Positions 16,293 to 25,743 of a DNA stretch of 44,122 nucleotides are shown piece after piece (positions within the stretch are counted from its first letter, which is position 1; the number at the start of each line of letters is the position of its first letter). Both the position numbers and the translations under genes were made by a program. Source of the DNA: Gemmatimonadaceae bacterium (GTDB lineage Bacteria; Gemmatimonadota; Gemmatimonadetes; Gemmatimonadales; Gemmatimonadaceae); contig DATBKN010000539.1 in assembly GCA_036555845.1 (NCBI GenBank), positions 1 to 44,122 on the forward strand, given 5' to 3'. The notes under the pieces were generated by a model that saw nothing but the letters and a program-made list of their open reading frames with translations, made no database searches and was not told the DNA's origin.

Positions 16293-17351
16293 CTAATAGC
16301 GCCCTCCGCGTTCCTCGAAGTGCGTCGCCTTCCTCAGCGTGCGCCCGCCGCGCCGCACCCACTCGGCGACCCACTCGATGAGCGTCGCCGTCCCCACGCT
16401 CGGTGGTCCGAACAGTTCCTGCGCGCGTGTGGTCGAGCTAAGCAGCGCGTCGGGTGCTTCACGTCCTACGAGCTCAGGCTCGCGGTGCAGCAGACGGCCG
16501 AGCTCCAGCGCGGCGTCTCGCACGGAGAGCGTGTCGTTGCCCGTGATGTTGATGACGAATGGCGGCGAAGCGGCAAGCGGCAGCGTTTGAATCGCCTGCG
16601 CGTTCGCATCGCCCTGCCAGATCACATTCACGTAGCCCATGCTGACGTCGATGGGCTGGCCGTCAACGATGCGTTGCGCGATGTCGACGAGCACACCGTA
16701 TCGCAGATCGACGGCGTAATTGAGCCTAACGAGGCTCAGCTTTGTTCCCTGGGTCCGGCTCGCATTCTCGAGCACGCGCTCTCGAGCCACGCAGGCCCAG
16801 GCGTACTCGCCTTGCGGTGTGAGCGCGTCGCCTTCGCGCGAGCCGCCACGTTGCGCCGGACCGAGCGGATAGACGTTGCCCGTGGAGAATGCGACGATGC
16901 GCGCGTCACGGAAGCGCGCGGCCACAAACGCAGGCATGGCGGCGTTCGTCCCCCACGTGCGCCAGGGCTCGTCGCTCGTACCGAACTTGTACCCGGCCAT
17001 GAAGATGACGTTAGGCGCGTCCGGCAGCACTGCCAGCGCCGCGGGGTCGCCCAGGTTCGCGTGCTGCACCACGATGCCATCGGCGGCGAGCCCTTCGGCC
17101 ACGCGCGGATCGCTGAAGCGGGACACTGCGATGATCTGCCGCGTGCTCGAGGCCGCATCGGCAGCGCGGCGCAGCATGCGCGCGAGGGACGGGCCCATTT
17201 TCCCACCGGCGCCTAACACGAGGACGTCGCCGGGACACCCAGCTAGCGCCTGGATCACTCCGTCGCTGGGTGCCGAGAGCCGCTCCTCGAGGTCGGCTTC
17301 GTCAAGCGGTGCCCTGTCGTTCAGGGCCTGTCGAGTCGGACCGTTAGTCAC
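16293..17351 (-). CDS. NAD-dependent epimerase/dehydratase family protein
   Basis: Rossmann motif VLVLGAGGKMGPSLARML and an SDR-extended architecture. Confidence 0.75.
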   Translation of the reverse strand: MTNGPTRQALNDRAPLDEADLEERLSAPSDGVIQALAGCPGDVLVLGAGGKMGPSLARMLRRAADAASSTRQIIAVSRFSDPRVAEGLAADGIVVQHANLGDPAALAVLPDAPNVIFMAGYKFGTSDEPWRTWGTNAAMPAFVAARFRDARIVAFSTGNVYPLGPAQRGGSREGDALTPQGEYAWACVARERVLENASRTQGTKLSLVRLNYAVDLRYGVLVDIAQRIVDGQPIDVSMGYVNVIWQGDANAQAIQTLPLAASPPFVINITGNDTLSVRDAALELGRLLHREPELVGREAPDALLSSTTRAQELFGPPSVGTATLIEWVAEWVRRGGRTLRKATHFEERGGRY

Positions 17352-17372
17352 GAAGCTCGCCGTTCGTTCGTG

Positions 17373-17621
17373 CTATGGCGCAACAGCGGGCGGCGGCGGC
17401 GGTTCGGGAATGACCCAGGATCCATCGAAGCCGCACGTCTTGTGGGTACCGTCGCAGATCGGCTTGGTCAACGACTCGCCGCATCGACAGAGTGAGATGG
17501 CTTTGCCAGGGGCAATCTTCAGCTCGCGACCATTTACGTCGACGATGCGAACGTTAGGTGCATCTTCAACTGAAATCTTGTACGGCCCATTGTCGCGGAC
17601 CAGAATCGTTATGACGCTCAT
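17373..17621 (-). CDS. CDGSH iron-sulfur domain protein
   Basis: The CRCGESLTKPICDGTHK sequence matches the CDGSH 2Fe-2S signature. The start is set at ATG 17621 (MSVITILVRDNGPY). Confidence 0.85.
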   Translation of the reverse strand: MSVITILVRDNGPYKISVEDAPNVRIVDVNGRELKIAPGKAISLCRCGESLTKPICDGTHKTCGFDGSWVIPEPPPPPAVAP

Positions 17622-17717
17622 CGTTCCTCGAAAATGAATGACCTGGCGGAGCACGCGTTAGACCGGCGCGCCATGCAAGCTGAAGCAGTTCCAAACGGCA
17701 GAGAAAGATCAACTACA

Positions 17718-17847
17718 TCACCGCGGACTAACGCGGACCCAACGCGAACTAACGCGCGGATAAGACTCGTAATCAACAAACTGTCGGTTTGTGTTGTCCC
17801 GCTGTGGCCCGCGCTCGTTCGCGCTCGTTCGCGCTAGTCCGCGGTGA
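17718..17847. repeat. imperfect inverted repeat built from 10-11 bp phased CGCG-containing units, with a central small palindrome
   Basis: The left arm is TCACCGCGGACTAACGCGGACCCAACGCGAACTAACGCGCGG. The right arm is GCCCGCGCTCGTTCGCGCTCGTTCGCGCTAGTCCGCGGTGA. The outer 13 nt are perfectly complementary, and the centre holds CAACAAACTGTCGGTTTGTGTTG. Confidence 0.8.
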
Positions 17848-17860
17848 CGCGGTGCGTCTG

Positions 17861-17889
17861 TTGACGAGTCGTTAAATAAACGCTTAATT
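17861..17889 (+). promoter_or_regulatory. possible sigma-70-type promoter of tetR (would give a leaderless or near-leaderless mRNA)
   Basis: TTGACG (17861-17866), a 17-nt spacer, then TTAATT (17884-17889), with GTG at 17896. The -10 match is weak. Confidence 0.3.
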
Positions 17890-17895
17890 AGGAGC

Positions 17896-18546
17896 GTGAC
17901 TCTCTCAGTCTCCAAATCAGCGGAGCCGTCGCCTTCATCCGCCGAGGCAATCCTCGACGCCGCCGAACAGCTCTTTTCGGCGCATGGCTACAACGCGATA
18001 TCAATCAAGGAAATCGCTAGCAAAGCCGGCGTTAACGTGGCTCTGATCTACTACTATCACGACAGTAAGGAAGCACTATACCGTCATGTCATCGAGCGCT
18101 TCGTCGGTGAGCTGATCCGCAGAGTGAGCGCCAGGTTGGACGCCGCTCCGGACGCCGAACAAGCCATACGCGCGGTCACTCGGGCGCAGTTCGAAATGCT
18201 CAGCGCGAAGCCGCACTTCCCGAAGCTCATCGTCCGTGAGCTCGTGGATTATCAAGCGACGCACGCCGTGGGAGTGCTGCGCGAGCTTGGGGCCACGCTC
18301 TTTCGCAGGCTGGCCGCAATCATTCGCGAGGGGCAGGCGCGCGGGACCTTCCGCGGCGACCTGGATCCCAACTTCGCTGCGTTCTCCACAATTGCGCAGC
18401 TACCGTACTTCTATGTCGCTCGGCCGGCGCTCGGCGTCCTCGCGTTGGGCGACACCCAGCACTTCGACGACTCGACGGCAGCTGACTTCGCCCGCCACGC
18501 CGGCGACTTTGCCGTGGCGGCGTTGCGCCCGTCCCCAACCGGATAA
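17896..18546 (+). CDS. TetR/AcrR family transcriptional regulator
   Basis: N-terminal HTH YNAISIKEIASKAGVNVALIYYYHDSKEALY. The start codon is GTG, and the gene lies upstream of the efflux genes. Confidence 0.9.
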   Translation: MTLSVSKSAEPSPSSAEAILDAAEQLFSAHGYNAISIKEIASKAGVNVALIYYYHDSKEALYRHVIERFVGELIRRVSARLDAAPDAEQAIRAVTRAQFEMLSAKPHFPKLIVRELVDYQATHAVGVLRELGATLFRRLAAIIREGQARGTFRGDLDPNFAAFSTIAQLPYFYVARPALGVLALGDTQHFDDSTAADFARHAGDFAVAALRPSPTG

Positions 18547-18550
18547 CCCG

Positions 18551-19525
18551 ATGCTTACGACGCGCGGGATGCGGTATCTCCTTTGGGCCTCTCTCTTCGC
18601 GGCCTGCAATCGGGCAAGCAACGAGCTCCCGGAAGCGACGGGAACCGTCGAGTTGACAGAAACTGACGTCGCCGCTTCCGTCTCGGCACGCGTTAGGCGG
18701 ATCCTTGTCCAGGAAGGCGACGCCGTGAAACAGGGCGATACGCTCGCTGCGCTGGAGCTGACCACGCTTCCGGCTGACATCGAACAGCGTCGTGCGCGCC
18801 TCAACGCGGCCGAGGCCGAGCTGCGTGACCTGCAGGCCGGGTCGCGCAGTACCGAAATCATTCGCGCGGAATCCGAGCTGGCGGCCGCGGAAGCCGAAGC
18901 CAAGAGAACGGCCGACGAGGCGCGCCGATACGCCGAGCTGTTGAAGACCGGCTCAGTCAGCGAGTCGCAGGTCGAGGCCTATGAGACCGCGGCGCGCGTG
19001 GCCGCCGGGCAGCGCGACGCGGCGCGTGCCGCGCTGCAGCAGCTGCGCGAAGGGACACGACCGGAGCGGATTGCGGCGGCTCGAGCCAATGTCGTGGCGG
19101 CACGGGCGCAGGTGGAAGCTGCACGCGCCACAGCGACTGACCTGATCCTCGTCGCCCCGACTGCCGGCATTGTGCTCGGACGCTATGCCGAGCCGGGCGA
19201 GCTGCTGACCGCGGGCGTGCCTGTCGTCGCGTTAGGCGATCCCCAGCGCCTGTGGGTGCGTGTCTACGTCGGTCCCACGGTCCTCACAGGGTTGCGAGTG
19301 GGCCAACCGGTGCGTGCCACGATTGACGGCGTTCCCGGCACGGCGTTCAGCGGCACCATACTCCAAATCGCGACGCGCGCCGAGTTCACGCCGCGCGTCG
19401 CGCTCACCGAAGAAGAGCGCGCGGACCTCCTGTTCGGCGTGAAGATCGAGTTGAAAGACACCACGGGCGCGCTCAAGGCCGGTTTGCCGGTGCGCGTGCA
19501 TTTCGGCGCGGAGAACGGCCCATGA
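18551..19525 (+). CDS. HlyD family secretion / efflux adaptor protein
   Basis: ATG 18551 gives MLTTRGMRYLLWASLFAACN, followed by a long Ala/Glu/Arg coiled-coil and then beta-barrel motifs. The ORF-track N-terminal extension (from 18236) overlaps tetR in another frame and is discounted. Confidence 0.85.
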   Translation: MLTTRGMRYLLWASLFAACNRASNELPEATGTVELTETDVAASVSARVRRILVQEGDAVKQGDTLAALELTTLPADIEQRRARLNAAEAELRDLQAGSRSTEIIRAESELAAAEAEAKRTADEARRYAELLKTGSVSESQVEAYETAARVAAGQRDAARAALQQLREGTRPERIAAARANVVAARAQVEAARATATDLILVAPTAGIVLGRYAEPGELLTAGVPVVALGDPQRLWVRVYVGPTVLTGLRVGQPVRATIDGVPGTAFSGTILQIATRAEFTPRVALTEEERADLLFGVKIELKDTTGALKAGLPVRVHFGAENGP

Positions 19526-20265
19526 CCGAGAACGCCGTCGAAACTCGCGGGCTGCGAAAGGTCTTCGGCCCAATTGTCGCGCTCGAGGGATTGGACCTGT
19601 CGATCGCGCGTGGTGAGGTCTTCGGTCTCCTGGGGCCGAATGGCTCGGGAAAGACGACGACGATCCGCATATTGACCGGCCTCATGGCGCCGACAGCCGG
19701 CATCGCGACAGTCGTGGGCTACGACGTGGCGACCCAAGCCGAGCTTCTGCGTCGCCGCATCGGCTACATGTCGCAGAAGTACGGGCTGTACGACGATCTC
19801 ACGGTCCGGGAAAACGTGACGTTCTACGCCGGGCTGTACGGCCTAACGAACCCGGAACGCAAGGAGCGCGTGCGCGCGCAGCTGGCCGCGTTTCAACTCG
19901 ACGCGCGCGCCCGGCAGCTCGCCGGCACGCTGAGCGGCGGTTGGAAGCAACGCCTTGCTCTCGCCTGCGCGACGACGCACCGGCCGGACATGATCTTCCT
20001 CGATGAACCAACGGCCGGCGTCGATCCCGTCTCGCGCCGTCTGTTTTGGGAGCGCATCTACTCGCTCTCGGACAGCGGCACGACAATCCTCGTCACCACG
20101 CACTACATGGATGAGGCCGAACGCTGCGAACGATTGGCATTCCTCTCGCGTGGCCACCTCATTGCGTTAGGCACACCGGCGGACATCACCGCTCGTTTCG
20201 GCACGAAGTCGGTCGAGGACGTCTTCATCAAGTTGCAGGAGCAAGACGAGCCGGAGGCAGCATGA
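19522..20265 (+). CDS. ABC transporter ATP-binding protein
   Basis: Walker A GPNGSGKTT, signature LSGGWKQRL and Walker B IFLDEPTAGVD. It has an ATGA start/stop overlap with the upstream gene. Confidence 0.95.
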   Translation: MTENAVETRGLRKVFGPIVALEGLDLSIARGEVFGLLGPNGSGKTTTIRILTGLMAPTAGIATVVGYDVATQAELLRRRIGYMSQKYGLYDDLTVRENVTFYAGLYGLTNPERKERVRAQLAAFQLDARARQLAGTLSGGWKQRLALACATTHRPDMIFLDEPTAGVDPVSRRLFWERIYSLSDSGTTILVTTHYMDEAERCERLAFLSRGHLIALGTPADITARFGTKSVEDVFIKLQEQDEPEAA

Positions 20266-21386
20266 GCGTACTCACTCGCGTCCGCGGCTCTCTCGTATGG
20301 CCGATGCTCTGGAAGGAATTCATCCAGATGCGGCGCGATCGCCTAACGCTGGGGATGATGATCTTCATCCCGGCGATCCAGCTGATGCTCTTCGGCTTCG
20401 CAATCCGCACGGAAGTTCGCAACCTCCCAACAGTCGTCGTCGACGAAGCCAACACGCAGCAGAGCCGCGCGCTTGCGCAGCGCCTCTTCAATACGGGGAA
20501 TCTGAAGCTGGCTGGCACGGCGCCGGATCGTGCCGCCGCGACATTCGCGATTGAACGCGGCAGCGCACGCGCCGCCTTACTCATCCCGCCGGCGTTCACA
20601 GCGGATCTCAAGCGCCAGCGGACAGCAACCGCGCAGTTATTGATCGACGCAGCCGACCCGATGGCCTCGTCGGCGGCGATCTCCAGTGCTGTCATTGCAT
20701 CGCAGATCGGCAGCGACGCCGGTGCGTCACGCCTCGCCGTACGTCCGCTCGACGTGCGCGTTAGGCCGCTCTACAACCCAGCGCTGCGCAGCCCCATCTA
20801 CATCGTCCCAGGCATTATCGGCATACTCCTCACGCTCACCATGCAGATGATCACGAGCATGGCCATCGTGCGCGAGCGCGAACGCGGCACTCTCGAGCAG
20901 CTCGTTGTCACGCCGATTCCGCGAATCGGTTTGATGCTCGGCAAGGTCGTCCCCTTCGCGATCGTGGGGTACGTGCAGATGTCTGTTGTGCTCTTGTTAG
21001 GCCACTTCGTCTTCGATGTGCCGCTGCGCGGCAGTCTCGCGCTGCTGTATGGCGTCACGTCGTTCTTCATAATCGCGAGCCTCGGCTTGGGGCTTTTCGT
21101 ATCGACGCTCGTGCGCACGCAAGTGCAGGCCATGCAGATGTCGTTCTTTTTCATCATGCCGACGATTCTGCTGTCGGGCTTCATGTTTCCGCGTGACGCG
21201 ATGCCGGAATTCGCCAAGTGGCTCGGCGCCGCCTTCCCGATTACGTACTACCTCGAGGTTGTCCGCGGCATACTCCTCAAAGGGGTAGGTCTCGCAGCGA
21301 TCTGGCCAGAAGTGTTGATACTCGCCGCCTTCGCCGTCGCGCTCATATCTCTGAGCGCCGTGCGCTTCCACAAATCCGTCGAGTGA
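20262..21386 (+). CDS. ABC-2 type transporter permease
   Basis: 374-aa ORF with an N-terminal TM segment, a large periplasmic loop and a C-terminal block of about five TM segments. It has an ATGA overlap with the ATPase gene. Confidence 0.9.
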   Translation: MSVLTRVRGSLVWPMLWKEFIQMRRDRLTLGMMIFIPAIQLMLFGFAIRTEVRNLPTVVVDEANTQQSRALAQRLFNTGNLKLAGTAPDRAAATFAIERGSARAALLIPPAFTADLKRQRTATAQLLIDAADPMASSAAISSAVIASQIGSDAGASRLAVRPLDVRVRPLYNPALRSPIYIVPGIIGILLTLTMQMITSMAIVRERERGTLEQLVVTPIPRIGLMLGKVVPFAIVGYVQMSVVLLLGHFVFDVPLRGSLALLYGVTSFFIIASLGLGLFVSTLVRTQVQAMQMSFFFIMPTILLSGFMFPRDAMPEFAKWLGAAFPITYYLEVVRGILLKGVGLAAIWPEVLILAAFAVALISLSAVRFHKSVE

Positions 21387-21392
21387 TTGCCG

Positions 21393-22049
21393 CTAACCGC
21401 CTAACGGCTTAGCCAGGTCGCGCATCAGCCGCAGCAGTCCCAGGCTGATCGATACGCGGTTCATGTCGCGCACAGTCGTGCGGCGTAGCTCCAGCGCGAC
21501 TGCGCGATTGCCGTGGCGCCCAAGTCTGATGCGCAGACCGATTCCAGCGTGCGCTCCGAAGTTGTTCGTGTTGTAGCGACGGTCGAGGATCGTGCTGCCG
21601 AAACCGCTCGCCATCGCGTGCACTGAAAGTCCACCGGAGAGGAATGGGATCACCCGCCGCGAGGGCGGACGCAGCAGCTGCACGGCGACGACGGCGCCAG
21701 TCAGATCATAAATGTGGCCGGCGTATGTGGCGTCCTCGAGCTCAACGAACTCGGTCAAGTCGCCGCGCAGGAACGTCGATTCGAGCTGGAATCGCGTCAG
21801 TGGACTGGTTAAATGGCCGAGGTCGAGCTCGATCCCGACACCCTGGGCCCCGCCCGCGCGCTGTAACTCCGCGCCGACAACTTTGAACCCCAGCGCCGCG
21901 GATGCTCCGATGCCTCTTTCTGGTGTTGAGTCTGCCCCCGTCGCCTGCTGAGAAAGCAAGCGGGCGGGCAACGCCTGGCAGAGCAAGGCGAGTCCTATGA
22001 GCGGGGCGAGACGCTGTGGGCGGACGCGAACTGCGAAGGGCACGGCCAA
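21393..22049 (-). CDS. outer-membrane beta-barrel (porin-family-like) protein, hypothetical
   Basis: Signal peptide followed by an amphipathic beta-strand pattern with a Gly-rich, aromatic character. Confidence 0.5.
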   Translation of the reverse strand: MAVPFAVRVRPQRLAPLIGLALLCQALPARLLSQQATGADSTPERGIGASAALGFKVVGAELQRAGGAQGVGIELDLGHLTSPLTRFQLESTFLRGDLTEFVELEDATYAGHIYDLTGAVVAVQLLRPPSRRVIPFLSGGLSVHAMASGFGSTILDRRYNTNNFGAHAGIGLRIRLGRHGNRAVALELRRTTVRDMNRVSISLGLLRLMRDLAKPLGG

Positions 22050-22162
22050 AAATAGGCGTTAAGCAGTGTTGATAATGGGAAAGGGACTGAACATTGGCCC
22101 GGTTCGGCGTGTCAAATCATTAGGAACTAGCCGATGGGCCCGGGGGTTGCGTTTGAGTATGG

Positions 22163-24415
22163 GTGTCGGTCGTAAGTCCAATGGATAGGATCGCGATGCA
22201 GAGAACCGGCAGGATCTGGATACGGGACGTTGTCGCCGCCGCGGCGTTAGGCGTGGCGCTGGCGGCTGTGGCCGTTATTGGCCATGCTCCTCGTCCCGTT
22301 CCTCTCAGCCCAGCGGCAAGTGCATCGCTCTCGGTCGGCACGCAGTATCTCGCCGAGCTCCGGAGTCGCTTCCACCGCCCATTCGGCGAAGCCCGGTCGC
22401 CGGCCTCGCTTCGCGCGGATGCGCTGCAGGCGCTTTACCTGGCGCGCGTCGAGAGTGGTGTGGGAAGTCCGTTCTATGCTGTTGAAGCCGCGCTACGAGA
22501 TCCTTGGTTGCCGGATTCGATCCGGGCGAATCTGGCGAGCGCGATGCTCGCAGATGTGCTGACGATTTCGCCAGCTGCCGTCGGTGAATACGCGCTCGAC
22601 AAGTTCGACGCGGACCTGGTGGATAGCGTTGTCCGCTCGTACTCGGAGCCACGGCGCGGGGAAGAGGTTGTGCGGATCGCGTTCGAGCTCGCCGCAGCGT
22701 CAGGGGCCGTCTCGCGATCCGAGGCTGCGGCTGCCGCCGACATCGCCGCTATGACGCGCGACGCCGAGTATGCGCGCCGCGACGTCGCTCGCCTCGTGAC
22801 TGCTGCGCACAAAGGTGGATTGGCACCGCTGGAGCTGTTGCCGTTGTGGCGCGAAGAGCGGCGCTTCGACGTTGAGCGCCCGATCGTCTATCCGATCGAT
22901 TGGGCGGCGTCGCGCGAGCTCGTGGCGAACGCCTCGAGAGTCTTCGAGCTGCTCGACGCGCGAGCCGGCAAAGGTGATCGCGCGGACGATTCTACGGCGG
23001 CGCGGCGGGTGCTCGTCGCCGATTTCGCCGTGCGCCACAGCGCACGTCAGGTCGCGAGCGCTCGAAACGCACCGCCATCACCCGCGATCTCCCAGGTCAC
23101 GCCGACGCTCTCTTCCGCCCACCTCGCCTCGCCAGCGACGAACGAAGAAGAGCTGGCCGCAGTCTGGCTTGGCGTATCGAGCCTGCAGCCGAACGAGCGT
23201 ACCAGCTGGGCGCGGGCCGTCGCGGCTTCCGCCGTTAGGCTGCGCACCAACGCGCAGGCGCGCGTCTGGTTCGCCGGCGACCATGCGCCGAAGGCGACCG
23301 AAGTCCAGCAGCGGCACGGTCTCAGCGCGATCTCGTTCGCGGCATCGCTGCGACCTTCGTGGCGCGAATTCGCGCTGCTGTCACTCGATCGCGCGCTGGT
23401 CGACGCGCGACGAGTGCTGCCGGATCTCGATCTTCGCGGCCTGCGTATTCACATCGGCATGAAAGCGGAGTGGCCGGCGCGCGCCATGGCGCTGCACGAC
23501 CCGGAGTCGCGCACAATCTACTTCCCGTTAGGCACGGGCCCGGGCGTGCTGGCGCACGAGCTGGGTCACGATCTCGATTGGCAGGTGGCGCGAACTGTCT
23601 TTGGCGAACGGGGCATCTATGCCACCGACGGCACGGCGCGGCGCGCCTCGCCGATTCTGGCGGCGCCTGTCGAACGGCTGACGAGCGCGTCGGCGCTCTC
23701 TGCGCTGGCGCCGTCGCGCCACACGCTGAGCGCGCGCCCGACGGAGATTCTCGCGCGGCACGTCGACTGGATCATGGCGGCGGCGCTGGCCGACATGGGT
23801 CGCAGCAACGGCTTCCTCTCTACGGTGCAGGACGTGGGCGACGCGTTAGGCAACACATCGGCGCCCGAGCACAGCCAGATCGACGCGGCGGTGAGCGTTC
23901 TGGCGAGCGCCACGAAAGTCCCGCATCGCACCGTGGTTTCGGTGCACCGCGGAGCGGGGCGCGACCCACTCGTGCGCGACGTCGTCGCCAGAGCGCTGAC
24001 GGTGAATCTGCGCATGCCGTGGCATCGCTGGGCGACCTCCGCCCTCGATGTGTTAGGCAATGCCGCGGCGATGTTTCGTCAGGCGGCAGATCCCGGTTTC
24101 GCGCGTTCCTGCGTCGCCGCCTCCGCGCGGGCGGCTGGCGAACCGGAGTGGATTGCTGACGTGAACGCGCTCGTCGCCGAAGCGCGCACCCGCGATGTCA
24201 TCCGCCGTCTGCAGCAGTTCCCGCCACGGCGCCCGCTTGTACGTGATCCCGCTGGACGCGGCGGTCTCGCGACGGGCCCGGTCGATCCTGCCCAGCGTGC
24301 CCGCGCGACGGCGGTGCTCCGGCGCGAGATCGAGTGGCAGCTCGCGACCGACATGAGCGTGCCGCTGGTACAGGCTACCGAGGCCGGTGGCTCGATTCGC
24401 TGCGAACCTCGTTAG
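22163..24415 (+). CDS. large hypothetical protein with an HExxH zinc-metallopeptidase-like motif and an N-terminal membrane anchor
   Basis: 750-aa ORF with an N-terminal hydrophobic segment (VVAAAALGVALAAVAVIG) and GVLAHELGHDLDW near residue 470. I recognise no other family signature. An alternative ATG start lies at 22181, and the TAG stop is inside the motif. Confidence 0.6.
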   Translation: MSVVSPMDRIAMQRTGRIWIRDVVAAAALGVALAAVAVIGHAPRPVPLSPAASASLSVGTQYLAELRSRFHRPFGEARSPASLRADALQALYLARVESGVGSPFYAVEAALRDPWLPDSIRANLASAMLADVLTISPAAVGEYALDKFDADLVDSVVRSYSEPRRGEEVVRIAFELAAASGAVSRSEAAAAADIAAMTRDAEYARRDVARLVTAAHKGGLAPLELLPLWREERRFDVERPIVYPIDWAASRELVANASRVFELLDARAGKGDRADDSTAARRVLVADFAVRHSARQVASARNAPPSPAISQVTPTLSSAHLASPATNEEELAAVWLGVSSLQPNERTSWARAVAASAVRLRTNAQARVWFAGDHAPKATEVQQRHGLSAISFAASLRPSWREFALLSLDRALVDARRVLPDLDLRGLRIHIGMKAEWPARAMALHDPESRTIYFPLGTGPGVLAHELGHDLDWQVARTVFGERGIYATDGTARRASPILAAPVERLTSASALSALAPSRHTLSARPTEILARHVDWIMAAALADMGRSNGFLSTVQDVGDALGNTSAPEHSQIDAAVSVLASATKVPHRTVVSVHRGAGRDPLVRDVVARALTVNLRMPWHRWATSALDVLGNAAAMFRQAADPGFARSCVAASARAAGEPEWIADVNALVAEARTRDVIRRLQQFPPRRPLVRDPAGRGGLATGPVDPAQRARATAVLRREIEWQLATDMSVPLVQATEAGGSIRCEPR

Positions 24416-25478
24416 GATCGCTTGACTCGCGCGGGCGCTGGATGATGACCCGCGTCGGATACGCCAGGCTCACTCCCTCAGACTCGAAGCGGCGCAGCAG
24501 CGCCACATAGACGGCCTGCTTCAAATCCATGCCGACGTTGTAGTCCGGGTCGAGCGCGTAAAAGACGAATTCGTAGTCGAGCGATGATTCGGCGAACTTG
24601 GCGAGGTGCGCGCGGTCGAAGCGCACGTTAGGCTGCGCGAGGATTGCCTCGCGGATCATACCCGGGATGCGGGCCACCGTCGCAGGCGGCGTCTCGTACG
24701 TCACGCTGAGCGTCATCACCAGACGGCGCTCGCGCATGCGCGAGTAGTTGTGCAGTCGGGTTTTGAGCAGCTCGGCGTTGGAGTAGACGACCTCTTCGCC
24801 CTGTAGCGCGCGCACGCGAGTCGTTTTGAGACCGATGCGCTCGACCGTCCCCACCTGGCCCGCGACGTCTATAGTCTCACCCACGACAAACGGCTTGTCG
24901 ACGACGATCGATAGCGCCGCGAAGAGATCGCCCAGAATGTTCTGCACGGCGAGCGCGATCGCGACGCCGGTGATGCCGAGTCCCGCCACGAGCGCGGTGA
25001 CGTCGTAGCCGAAGGCGTTGAGCGTCGCGACGAGTACGAACGACCAGACAACAGCCTGTGCCAGGAATCCGACGGCGAAGACCGCGGTGCGACTCGCACT
25101 CTCCGTGTGGCGTCGCAGGTAGCCCGTCGTGAAGGCGCGAACGCCGGTGCCGCCCCAGAGCCCGAACTGGAGAGCGATTGCGACGATTGTCACCGCGCGC
25201 ATCGTCGTCACGGCGCCAGTCGGCAGCGTCAGCACGGATGTCGCCGCGTGCAGCGCGATGACGACGATGAACAGGACATTCGTCGCTCCGAACACGGCCA
25301 CGAATGCGTCGTCGACTTGGGTCGCGCTTCGCAGTGCGATCGTGGCGAGTCGCCGGCTCATCAGCGTCTTGAGCGCGAACAGTGCACCCGCGATCGCGAT
25401 GAGAATCGCTGCGGCGGTGATCCACGCCCTCGGCGAATTCGCGTTCACAATCGCAAGGATTCGGTCAAGGAAATCCAT
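24375..25478 (-). CDS. mechanosensitive ion channel (MscS family)
   Basis: Multi-TM N-terminus plus the conserved MscS core GDLFAALSIVVDKPFVVGETIDVAGQVGTVERIGLKTTRVR. Its 3' end overlaps the convergent gene by 41 nt. Confidence 0.9.
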   Translation of the reverse strand: MDFLDRILAIVNANSPRAWITAAAILIAIAGALFALKTLMSRRLATIALRSATQVDDAFVAVFGATNVLFIVVIALHAATSVLTLPTGAVTTMRAVTIVAIALQFGLWGGTGVRAFTTGYLRRHTESASRTAVFAVGFLAQAVVWSFVLVATLNAFGYDVTALVAGLGITGVAIALAVQNILGDLFAALSIVVDKPFVVGETIDVAGQVGTVERIGLKTTRVRALQGEEVVYSNAELLKTRLHNYSRMRERRLVMTLSVTYETPPATVARIPGMIREAILAQPNVRFDRAHLAKFAESSLDYEFVFYALDPDYNVGMDLKQAVYVALLRRFESEGVSLAYPTRVIIQRPRESSDPNEVRSESSHRPR

Positions 25479-25743
25479 AGAGCGCCAAGTACCCTAGAAA
25501 GTTGCTTGACAGGTAAGGGACTGTCCCGGACATTCTGTACACAATTCAACATCCAAAGTCGGAGCCTTCTTTCCTGGCGGCCGATAACAGCGGCTTTCAT
25601 TTCGCGCGGTGCGAGATAGATGTCCGCCGTACGACCCTGTGCGGAAGACCCTCGAGAAACGCGTTGCGCTGACGCTTGTGTCCAGGTTCGGATCCGGGCA
25701 GAAGTGTTCCGCCAACTGACTAGTTGCAAGTCTGAGGTTTGTT

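Noticed and set aside
25506-25545. A TTGACA hexamer upstream of the cupredoxin-like gene as a sigma-70 promoter.
   Set aside because: No convincing -10 element lies at 16-19 nt spacing (the best are GACATT or CATTCT), which is too weak to report as a feature.
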